From NCBI GenBank assembly GCA_025057015.1, contig JANWYG010000017.1, forward strand, positions 193,071 through 257,070: 64,000 nucleotides of DNA, read 5' to 3'. How positions within the stretch are numbered: position 1 is the first letter of the stretch; every line of letters starts with the position of its first letter. Source of the DNA: Blastocatellia bacterium. Its GTDB lineage: Bacteria; Acidobacteriota; Blastocatellia; Chloracidobacteriales; JADJPF01. The position numbers were made by a program, and so were the translations under genes. Under the pieces are notes generated by a model. The model was given only the letters and a program-made list of their open reading frames with translations. It searched no databases and had not been told where the DNA came from. This document shows, in pieces, positions 32,401 to 40,039 of this stretch.

Positions 32401-32583
32401 GTCACGATAGAGCAATGATTCTTGTTCAGAAGAGATGAACCCCGACTCATAGTCTCGGGGATTAAGCGCAGGGCAGTCGCGTTCGGGTGCGTCAAAGATT
32501 GACTCAGCCCAAAAAGAAAGGCGTTCGCGCTTTAATTCCTTAAGTACCTCTTGGCTCGTCCCACCTAGATTGAGTTCACTCAT
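29470..32583 (-). CDS. large hypothetical protein, no recognisable domain
   Basis: Open frame of 1054 codons. The ATG at 32583 (MSELNLGG) lies 10 nt after the kinase stop, is preceded by AGGATAGGG, and gives 1037 aa. No TM helix, Walker A, HExxH or Cys cluster. A coiled-coil-like N-terminal third. Codon usage matches the neighbours. Confidence 0.7.
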   Translation of the reverse strand: MSELNLGGTSQEVLKELKRERLSFWAESIFDAPERDCPALNPRDYESGFISSEQESLLYRDLRSRDSDVGIGLLRPRRSELLDAIAYVRNATSRREHELSMYKSRLESLGKLADEVGNNAAAQEMQLRLEKLERDLDYLHAYASKLDSLERMMKLVGDERSRVTRTAEQMLRLFSQSWRGLIKIKAWEHHFKEGASLPHLNRYKQPGEPSGYLLPLGDDSRSVAVSREAAGYLLHLLESINLLAEEYREYVVARGLDPDAGWGPAHRLIRAIVELFYFCNFELPFSYVDLAVDPDDASQLWTYNYSEGSWSVITEDANSSRSLKRIAAEAAHILVRGYRLLRCRSDEELDRLVAEEGPQISSPGEAHDYKLFLCSGLSDFDLEPAGQKVKFRMAFKSLGRIFSAICQDQPQLTMVASSSLGGPLETLLGMALLDSRAFSFPAGTATPNPIARYQVLSQFWRSIGRRRAISMLGEDYVKQVTGGLASLGEQGPEHPTFLTMRVGTVVGAGKEGAVAARPASPFSVLGLADQIRFLDLTLQSWALTEEIVARLKEVHSQGKLRRVIESLPQLVNNRKETLATRFNQRWITSNSWQWSFFRSSMPVVWDFWQKLATGEAWDEQLTKLPPYQALGLLLKLFGDIVRVILVIELSDSELSQSLTVEAETAGQKVIQSIEGFLEAGERVPQPVTEAINFYYDPEIRFDSWLAFAASYKKFLATLRQDMASLKFDNKLLEAIDLLVEQIDILYPVRKQEEKKPEQQPQVEKSEGIVVIDEPLSEKIVDLLAMLGEDNGGWLKLKLLSLAAQPQKRQLVDLLHGTRRVIEQLLPGPENASARALLVQVPRMAEGFYNFLRKMLDQGLPSDESLIELRPQVRDYFVQLEEIYNATVALAENLPRILPEDRRRLEEYLTTAPQRSSGLPFLVLIACDRVVLDIGDFDIPASVQAERGEARLRAYMRGTLGAVIEEPSVEIFPIGSGRVLARPGVCIVTSSPDGFNPYWSDLFHLLQSDNYSDYVSTKFKLVAQSLASEFPGIRVLVS

Positions 32584-32593
32584 AAGCCCTATC

Positions 32594-34789
32594 CTACCTA
32601 CCACTGTCAACGCTAAACCACTGCTGACAATCAAGCAAGAAGAGATTGTGGTAGTAGTCTACTATGTAATCAAAAAGCACTATCTTTTTGTTGCCCAATA
32701 CTACAAGTGGTTCATTCTTGAAAGCAAGTAGCATCTGCATCACTTCAGACAGTTGGACAGCAGCTTTGTCGAGCTCATCTTGACGTGCTCTATAGTAGTA
32801 AGCGCTTTTCCCAGCTATAGAATGGCTCTTTACACGACGCTCAAGTATTTTAAATCCAACAAGCTCATTTGCCAGGACGTCACAAACATAGTCGGCTACG
32901 CTGCAGTTAGCCCGCTGTTTAGCTGCGACAGCAAAATTCAAAAATACAGTCGATAAGGCACAAGCATTGAGTCGCCCCAGGCTGCTTAAGACTACACGTT
33001 CAAGCAAGTCGACTGGCTTGACTGTTCCATTGACCAGCTGTAAAACAAACTTATCCTCCTCGCTTAGATCAAGCTTCTTTCTAAGCAGCGGTACTATCGT
33101 TCCTACAGGGCTTATCTTGAGAGAACCGCGTTTACGAAGCGAAAAAACAGCAGTAGTCAGCAGCGAAGCTGCTAAAAGATTGCTATCTACATAATACTCA
33201 CCATGCATCTGCCTCGCCCAGCGTCCTTCTTGTGGGAACATAAACTTATCAGCAAACAAATAAACCACCGCTACTGCAGAAGCTTGTAACGGCCTATGAG
33301 AGAAATTTATCTCATCAGCTCGCTTCAAGCACTCTAGCACCTCATGCCCTTCAGCACAAACAGGCAAGGAGCCTTGAGTGGAGTCTCGCGAGGGTACAAA
33401 AATATCTTCCCTAGGAGGAAGTAAAGTAGCATCCGGCTTGGTAGCACCAGCAGCGGAAACTTTCAGCAATTTACCAGCAGACTCCTTGGATTTTCGCAGA
33501 TAATGTTCCGGTCTGTCTTCATGAGGCGGAGGTGGAGGAAGCTTCTTCTTAACCTTAGGTAACTGTTTGTCATCTGTTGTCGGCTGGCCCTCATTTTGTA
33601 GCTGTGGCACTTCAAGCATTTCTATATGTGCTTTGCCGCTCACCTGTAGACGCTCAGCCATGGGAAAATTTTCCCGCGACAAAGCATCAGATATCAACCT
33701 GCTCGATTTATCCTTCTTTGTCACTTTTGGCGGTGGAGGAGCCTGTGGTGCACTTAAAACCTTTTCTAACAAGTGTGGCTGAGGACGCTCCAGTTGCTTC
33801 TCCTCGATATACTTATCAAAATCTGGCGCAGCAAACCTAGGACGGGTCAACCTTCGGTTAAAAGCCCTCGGATTCTTCAGGGCCGCAGCAAGCTCCACTA
33901 CCGACTGAAAACGCTCCTCGATGTCAGTATCCAGTCCTTTAAGCACTACCTGCTCAAGATACTCTGGTACGGCAGGATTTAGTTGACTTGGAGGTAATAA
34001 CGACCCTTCCGACTGCTGTCTTATCACATCCGAATATGTGCCCGTATAAGGCGCCCTACCCGTTAACAAATAGTACATCACCGCTACAGCAGAATAAACG
34101 TCACAGCGTTCGTCTATATCCTCTCCTTCAAAGCGCTCAGGAGACATATAACCAGCAGAAGACATAACGCTAGCACTAGGGCGTTTACCTACTGGTACTA
34201 CAGCTAGCATCTCAGGTATGCCCATACGCCACAGCCCTGCATCAAGTAGCTTGACTGTCTCAGAACTACCCTTTAAGTCAACGACGAACACGTTCGATGG
34301 CTTCACATCGCCATGCAATCGACCCTTCCTATGCAAAAGTTCCAGCCCACAACATAAATCTAGCAACAAAGATATAGCTCTACTGGGCTCTAAAGGCTTG
34401 TCTAGTTGGTCTAACGACTTACCAATAAGCAGCTCCATTATCAGATATAGGAATCCGAACTCACTCTGACCGTAGTTTAAAACCCTGACTATATTCGGAT
34501 GATATACCCTTGTAGCTGCTGCCGCCTCAACTTCAAACGTCTCTACTACCTGCGGTGAGACAGCAGCATACTCAGCAAGTATCACCTTTATCGCTACATT
34601 ACTGCGCCCGACTATATCGTATCCACTATAGGTCATACCGAAAGTTCCACTACCAAGCCGACTATCCATGCGATAGCGATCAGCGAAAAACGGTAGGCCT
34701 TCCAAAGTCTTGTCAAGCTTATTTCCACATACATCACAGAAGTCGTTATGGTCGCCAAAACAGCGCTTACAGGCGAAGCACTCCTTCAC
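32594..34789 (-). CDS. Ser/Thr protein kinase with N-terminal zinc ribbon, Pro-rich linker and unknown C-terminal domain
   Basis: 731 aa. CFACKRC...CDVCGNK ribbon. Kinase core LGSGTFGMTY, VAIKVI, HGDVKPSNV (non-RD), LLDAGL (DFG changed to DAG), YMSPER. PPPP tracts. About 250 aa of unassigned C-terminus. Confidence 0.85.
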   Translation of the reverse strand: MKECFACKRCFGDHNDFCDVCGNKLDKTLEGLPFFADRYRMDSRLGSGTFGMTYSGYDIVGRSNVAIKVILAEYAAVSPQVVETFEVEAAAATRVYHPNIVRVLNYGQSEFGFLYLIMELLIGKSLDQLDKPLEPSRAISLLLDLCCGLELLHRKGRLHGDVKPSNVFVVDLKGSSETVKLLDAGLWRMGIPEMLAVVPVGKRPSASVMSSAGYMSPERFEGEDIDERCDVYSAVAVMYYLLTGRAPYTGTYSDVIRQQSEGSLLPPSQLNPAVPEYLEQVVLKGLDTDIEERFQSVVELAAALKNPRAFNRRLTRPRFAAPDFDKYIEEKQLERPQPHLLEKVLSAPQAPPPPKVTKKDKSSRLISDALSRENFPMAERLQVSGKAHIEMLEVPQLQNEGQPTTDDKQLPKVKKKLPPPPPHEDRPEHYLRKSKESAGKLLKVSAAGATKPDATLLPPREDIFVPSRDSTQGSLPVCAEGHEVLECLKRADEINFSHRPLQASAVAVVYLFADKFMFPQEGRWARQMHGEYYVDSNLLAASLLTTAVFSLRKRGSLKISPVGTIVPLLRKKLDLSEEDKFVLQLVNGTVKPVDLLERVVLSSLGRLNACALSTVFLNFAVAAKQRANCSVADYVCDVLANELVGFKILERRVKSHSIAGKSAYYYRARQDELDKAAVQLSEVMQMLLAFKNEPLVVLGNKKIVLFDYIVDYYHNLFLLDCQQWFSVDSGR

Positions 34790-35518
34790 CGCTGCCTCCT
34801 AAATGCCGGCTATGATAGACAATGAGCAGACTTTTAGAACATGCGCAGAAATGATGATAAACTTAAAACCTAAGTTTTACAATACCACACTACTTAAATA
34901 AACATAAGTGTATCAACAAATAAGCTCAGATAGCTACTGAGAGGTAATTAAATTTACTTACTAACTAGACCCCTAAAACTTCTAGCCTGTAGAACTACAA
35001 TCCACTCTGACCAAACCTACTTGCACTAAACTTTAGAATTCTTAACCTTAAAAACAAGAACTCAATCCGCAGCTTTTAAACCACTACCTAACCGTCCAGC
35101 CCGTCTGCTTACAAAAATCGCCACCTAAATCTTTATTCGAGTAAAGCAAGCCTTGTAAGGCCCGATATGTTGATCCCAGAAGATTTATTCTCATTAGGAT
35201 GCCTTCCAGCATTCCTAAGTATCTATTTTAACAGCATCAAGCCAGCACTGCGAGTTGACGAAGATGTTACTGGAGATTTAGATTGCAAGTAGCACAGCCT
35301 CTCGAAGCACTGCAGAGATAGCAAGTCCCCCGGAAGGTAGCCTATACGGGTTAGCTATGGCACTAAACCAACAAAAGCAAGCGCTTCCATCTAGCCTTTG
35401 CTAGCCACAACGAGAACTGATTTGACGATCAAAACGTAAGTTGAGATGATGTGTAAGTCGAACTTTCTACAACAGCCAGACACGTCAGTAAGCTTAGGCA
35501 GTAGCTGAAGAGGCAACT

Positions 35519-36745
35519 ATGCGTTTGACTGAAGTGATTAAAATGGCCTTATCTGCGATTCTAGCCCATAAACTTAGGTCGTTTTTGACCCTTCTTGGGA
35601 TCATCTTCGGAGTAGCTACAGTCATCGCTGTTGTCTCTTTAATAGAAGGTTTTAACAGATATGTAGATGAAAAGATAGCAGATATAGGTACTAACGCTTT
35701 TAGAGTTCAAAAGTTCTCCATAGAAGATTTTTCAAGCGTTAAAGCGTTCGACCAAGCTAGGAAGCGTAACAAAGATATTCGCATGGAAGATTACTTTGCA
35801 CTAGCAAATGCCGGCGGAAAAATAAAAACAGCCTCTGTAAAAGCATACAACCTGTCGGAAATAAAGCGTGATAACGAAGTGCTCTTTGAAGTAAGACTCA
35901 CAGGTGCTACAGCTAATGTAGCAGAAATTGACCGAATCGATCTCGGCGCTGGACGATATTTCACAGCTGCAGAAAACGAAAAAAGCCAGTTTGTGTGCGT
36001 AATAGGTGCAGATATAAAAACCCGGCTCTTTGCCTACGACGATCCGCTCGGAAAATACATAAAAATCGACGGCAGGCCGTTTCGAGTAATAGGAGTGACG
36101 AAACCTCGCGGCTCGGTCTTTGGACAGTCGCAAGATAAATTCGTCGACATACCCATAAACACCTTCTTAAACATATACGGCCCGCGCAGGTCACTCCTAG
36201 TCAGTGTCGTAGCAATAGATGAAGCTAGCTACGAAGACGCCATAGACCAAGCAAGAGTGATTCTGCGTAACCGTAGAAAGTTACGCCCAAACGAACCAGA
36301 TAACTTTGGCATACTAACGCCGGCAGCTATAAACCGGCTTAGAGCTAAGATTTTTGGCACGATACAGATAGCCGCTATAGGCGTTACATCCATCTCACTA
36401 ATAGTCGGTGGAATAGTGATAATGAACATAATGCTTATCAGCGTCATCGAAAGGACTAAAGAAATAGGTATCAGAAAAAGCCTCGGTGCAAGACGAAGCG
36501 ACATCCTAGGACAAATTCTAGCCGAATCGACCATACTAGCTCTTACCGGTGGCCTAATAGGCGTCTCCATAGCCTATGGATTAGCAAAGCTTGTTTCGGC
36601 TACCACACCCATACCTACAGCTCTGCCAATAACAGCCGTAGCTATAGCTCTCGTAGCTTCAAGCAGCGTAGGTCTAATATCCGGACTGTATCCAGCCTGG
36701 CGAGCTGCCAGCGTCGATCCCATAGTAGCTTTGAGGGCAGAATGA
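35519..36745 (+). CDS. MacB/LolCE-type ABC transporter permease (MacB periplasmic core + FtsX domain)
   Basis: 408 aa with N-terminal TM LRSFLTLLGIIFGVATVIAVVSL, a large periplasmic domain, then FtsX helices with IMNIMLISVIERTKEIGIRKSLGA. Confidence 0.85.
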   Translation: MRLTEVIKMALSAILAHKLRSFLTLLGIIFGVATVIAVVSLIEGFNRYVDEKIADIGTNAFRVQKFSIEDFSSVKAFDQARKRNKDIRMEDYFALANAGGKIKTASVKAYNLSEIKRDNEVLFEVRLTGATANVAEIDRIDLGAGRYFTAAENEKSQFVCVIGADIKTRLFAYDDPLGKYIKIDGRPFRVIGVTKPRGSVFGQSQDKFVDIPINTFLNIYGPRRSLLVSVVAIDEASYEDAIDQARVILRNRRKLRPNEPDNFGILTPAAINRLRAKIFGTIQIAAIGVTSISLIVGGIVIMNIMLISVIERTKEIGIRKSLGARRSDILGQILAESTILALTGGLIGVSIAYGLAKLVSATTPIPTALPITAVAIALVASSSVGLISGLYPAWRAASVDPIVALRAE

Positions 36746-37998
36746 TCAACTTCGGAAACAATATCTGGATGGCACTTGATACGCTGCTACAACATAAGCT
36801 CAGAACTATGCTGACGATACTCGGCGTAGTCGTAGGCACTGCTACCGTGATAGCTATAGCAGCGTTCGTATCAGGCATACAAAGCAGAGTCTCAAAAGAG
36901 ATCGAATCTTTTGGGACAAACTCCATATACGTCTATAAATTCGATCCGGGATTTAACTTTACACCATCGCGCGAAGAACGTCTGCGCAAGCCTCTACAAT
37001 ACGAAGACCTACTTGCTATAGAGCGTGAATGCCCCTCCGTAGCACTAGCCACGATCTTTCTTTCGCCAACACCTATGGACCAAGGGCCATTCGTAGAACG
37101 CTTCCCAGTACGCTACGGCGACCAAGAGATGGTAAACGCCACTGTGTCAAGCACACTGCCGGCATATTTCAGAATGGGGGTAGTCAATATAGCCGAAGGA
37201 CGATACTTTACCGATGCCGAAGCAGCAAGTCGGGCAGACGTCTGCGTAATAGGTGCTGACGTCGCAAATACGCTCTTTCCTACCGTCTCCCCTATAGATA
37301 AACACTTGCTCGTTGCAGGTCGTTACTATCGCATCATAGGCGTAATGGCCAGACGCGACAATTTCCTAATAGGCGACGAAGATCCAAACAACGAAAATAA
37401 AATAGTTGCTATTCCCTACCAGACACTCAAAAAACTCTATCCTCACCTAGACGACCACTTCATAATGGTAACAGCAAAACCAGGTAAGATAGACCAAGCT
37501 GTAGATGAAATAAGACAGCTATTACGCCGCCGGCGCGGCGTCAAGTTCAGTGACCCAGATAACTTTGGCATACAGACCTCAGACCAAATCATCAAGCAGT
37601 TCTCGGCTATCACTCGCGGCGTGTTCATACTGATGGTAGCAGTCTCTAGCATAGGCCTGCTCATAGGCGGCATAGGCGTAATGAACATTATGCTGGTTTC
37701 AGTCACCGAGAGAACCAGAGAGATAGGTATTCGTAAAGCAGTAGGTGCTAAGAAGTTTGATATAGTAGTGCAGTTCCTGACCGAAGCAGTAACTCTTACT
37801 TCTATAGGCGGCTTAATCGGCATTATAGTAGGATGGGTAATAGCAGAATTCGTAAAGACTCTAATGCCTACCTTTGTGCCCCTGTGGGCTCCAGCAGTCG
37901 GCTTGGCTACATCGTTACTGCTCGGCTTGACCTTTGGTATATGGCCAGCCTGGAAAGCGGCCTCACTCGACCCTATAGAAGCACTCAGATATGAATAA
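36742..37998 (+). CDS. MacB/LolCE-type ABC transporter permease, paralogue of the preceding gene
   Basis: 418 aa with the same architecture (LRTMLTILGVVVGTATVIAIAAF; VMNIMLVSVTERTREIGIRKAVGA). ATGA overlap with the upstream gene. Confidence 0.85.
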   Translation: MINFGNNIWMALDTLLQHKLRTMLTILGVVVGTATVIAIAAFVSGIQSRVSKEIESFGTNSIYVYKFDPGFNFTPSREERLRKPLQYEDLLAIERECPSVALATIFLSPTPMDQGPFVERFPVRYGDQEMVNATVSSTLPAYFRMGVVNIAEGRYFTDAEAASRADVCVIGADVANTLFPTVSPIDKHLLVAGRYYRIIGVMARRDNFLIGDEDPNNENKIVAIPYQTLKKLYPHLDDHFIMVTAKPGKIDQAVDEIRQLLRRRRGVKFSDPDNFGIQTSDQIIKQFSAITRGVFILMVAVSSIGLLIGGIGVMNIMLVSVTERTREIGIRKAVGAKKFDIVVQFLTEAVTLTSIGGLIGIIVGWVIAEFVKTLMPTFVPLWAPAVGLATSLLLGLTFGIWPAWKAASLDPIEALRYE

Positions 37999-38869
37999 CT
38001 TCCGTAACTTCAGCTTCAACCAGCTCCCAAGCCTTCGTAGTCTGTAAAAGCCGTGAAAGTAGCCTTGCATGCAAACCATGCCCAGAGCGATAAGCCGTCA
38101 CTTTACCCCAAATAGGCCAACCAGCTAGCGCTAAATCACCTATTATGTCCAACACTTTGTGACGTGCAAACTCATCCTCATAATTTAACGGCCCGGCATT
38201 GAGCATTCCGTCTTCGCTCAAAACAATAGCGTTATTCAGTGTCCCTCCCTTGATAAGACCCGCCGCACGTAGCGTCGCTATCTCACGCTCAAAGCCGAAG
38301 GTACGCGCCAGAGCTATCTCCTCAGCATAGCTACACGTAGAAGCATCATAAATATACCTTTGCTGACCTATCAGCGGATGGGCAAACTCTATCGTGGAGT
38401 CTATCACAAACCCTTCATAAGGCTCTATCATAATGTACCTGTTGCCATCAGTTACCTCCACGCGCTCAAGTACCCGTAGATAGACTCTTGGAACAGATTG
38501 CTCTACGATACCAGCACTCCTGATCAAATCGACAAAGCTTCGCGCACTACCATCCAGTATCGGCACTTCTAGACAGTCCAGCTCAACTATGCAGTTATCT
38601 ATACCACAGCCAACGAGTGCCGAAAGTACGTGTTCAACTGTAGCAACCATCACTCCAAGACGCATCAAAGTAGTCGCATAGCTCACCCGCGCTACCATAT
38701 CCACCGTGGCTGGAACAACAAAATTAGACAAATCGACCCTGCGAAAGATTATTCCAGTATCAGCCGCCGCTGGTAACAACCGCATGTTGACCTTACATCC
38801 TGTATGCAGCCCTATACCACTACAGCCTACTGCCTGTCCTATAGTTCTCTGCCTGACAGCCGGAAACAT
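37985..38869 (-). CDS. lpxC: UDP-3-O-acyl-N-acetylglucosamine deacetylase
   Basis: 294 aa with RQRTIGQAVGCSGIGLHTG, TVEHVLSAL, ILDGSA and HKVLDIIGDL. Confidence 0.92.
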   Translation of the reverse strand: MFPAVRQRTIGQAVGCSGIGLHTGCKVNMRLLPAAADTGIIFRRVDLSNFVVPATVDMVARVSYATTLMRLGVMVATVEHVLSALVGCGIDNCIVELDCLEVPILDGSARSFVDLIRSAGIVEQSVPRVYLRVLERVEVTDGNRYIMIEPYEGFVIDSTIEFAHPLIGQQRYIYDASTCSYAEEIALARTFGFEREIATLRAAGLIKGGTLNNAIVLSEDGMLNAGPLNYEDEFARHKVLDIIGDLALAGWPIWGKVTAYRSGHGLHARLLSRLLQTTKAWELVEAEVTEVIHI

Positions 38870-39069
38870 ACAACTCCCTCAGGTCACTAAAATCAAAGTA
38901 AGCCAACCTTAACGGTCAATTCTCTAGCTTTCCTCTAGCATTCTCGATGCCATTGGTCAGCTCTAACCGGAAGCCAAGATTAAAGTACGAGAAATCCAGA
39001 ACTTAGACAGTTGCTGTCCCTGACAGCAGATAAGATCTTGTTGCAATAAGGAAACACATTCGAGCAAAC

Positions 39070-39933
39070 ATGTTGACTGATTACAACTTGTCAACGATGA
39101 TGACTATTAAAGATGCCCTGGAAATAGGCAGACATAAGCTAAGCAACTCGAAAGTAGATCGTCCTAAGCTAACAGCCGAGCTACTTCTAGCAGCCGCTCT
39201 CGGCAAAGACCGTATATACCTGCTAGCACACGATGACGAATCTTTGGACGAGTACCTAAAAGCAGCTTACGAGGTGTTAATCGCTCGAAGAGCAGCTGGT
39301 GAACCGTTGCAGTACATCCTCGGTAAGCAAGAATTTTATGGGCTGGATTTTTTAGTCTCTCCGGCAGTGCTCATTCCAAGACCCGAAACCGAAGCAATCG
39401 TAGAAGCAGTTCTTAAGCATGCTGCCAGCGCCAGATCTATCCTGGACATAGGAACAGGATCAGGTTGCATCGCAATAACGCTCGCCAAGTTAATGCCTCA
39501 CACAATAGTCACAGCAGTCGATATCTCTATGGCCGCCATCAAAGTAGCAAACCAAAACGCCAAGATGCACGGCGTCTCAGACAGAATAGACTTCCTAGTA
39601 GGAGATCTCTGCAGTGCCCTTGCCGGTAGCTATGACGTTATTTGTTCAAACCCACCATACGTCGCTGTCGAAGAAAAAGAACTGCTTCCAGCCGAAGTAA
39701 GAGAGCACGAGCCACACATCGCACTTTTTGCGCCAGAGGCTGGTCTTAGCATCATCAAAAGAATCTTCCTAGAAGCACGCCAGCTGATATCACCACAAGG
39801 ACTGCTAGTAATGGAGATAGGTTATGGACAAGCTAAGCAAATAGAAAATGCTTCGGGAAACCTCTGGAAAATAAACGAGATACTCAAGGATTTGCAAGGA
39901 ATACCCCGAACAGTGCTAGCAAGTCCAAAGTAA
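39070..39933 (+). CDS. prmC: peptide chain release factor N(5)-glutamine methyltransferase
   Basis: 287 aa with PLQYILGKQEFYGLDFLVSPAVLIPRPETE, ILDIGTGSGCIA and NPPY. An alternative start at MMTIKDAL is possible. Confidence 0.88.
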   Translation: MLTDYNLSTMMTIKDALEIGRHKLSNSKVDRPKLTAELLLAAALGKDRIYLLAHDDESLDEYLKAAYEVLIARRAAGEPLQYILGKQEFYGLDFLVSPAVLIPRPETEAIVEAVLKHAASARSILDIGTGSGCIAITLAKLMPHTIVTAVDISMAAIKVANQNAKMHGVSDRIDFLVGDLCSALAGSYDVICSNPPYVAVEEKELLPAEVREHEPHIALFAPEAGLSIIKRIFLEARQLISPQGLLVMEIGYGQAKQIENASGNLWKINEILKDLQGIPRTVLASPK

Positions 39934-39998
39934 TAAATTACCAGCAAGAAGCTTTGCAGAATCCCACGAGCTATGACACAGTCATGGGAGAGTGTACA

Positions 39999-40032
39999 GG
40001 GGCAGACTGCAGCAGATGAGCTGCGTCTGCCC
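39999..40032. terminator. hairpin between convergent prmC and clpB
   Basis: GGGGCAGACTGCAGC-AGATGA-GCTGCGTCTGCCC, a 13-bp stem with one bulge. No clear U-tract on either side. Confidence 0.4.
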
Positions 40033-40039
40033 ACTCAGT

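Noticed and set aside
35167-35292. A 41-aa ORF (MLIPEDLFSLGCLPAFLSIYFNSIKPALRVDEDVTGDLDCK) in the long intergenic gap upstream of the permeases. Considered as a possible exported peptide.
   Set aside because: No convincing Shine-Dalgarno sequence, no leader or double-glycine motif, and an AT-rich context where short ORFs arise by chance. It cannot be supported without expression or conservation data.
35330-35337. A CCGGAAGG octamer reminiscent of the SRP (4.5S) RNA domain IV GGAA tetraloop region, within the long intergenic gap.
   Set aside because: The flanks lack the conserved GAAGCAGCC continuation, and I cannot draw the extended helix 8 pairing. I also saw no RNase P (GGAAAGTCC) or tmRNA end motifs in the gap.
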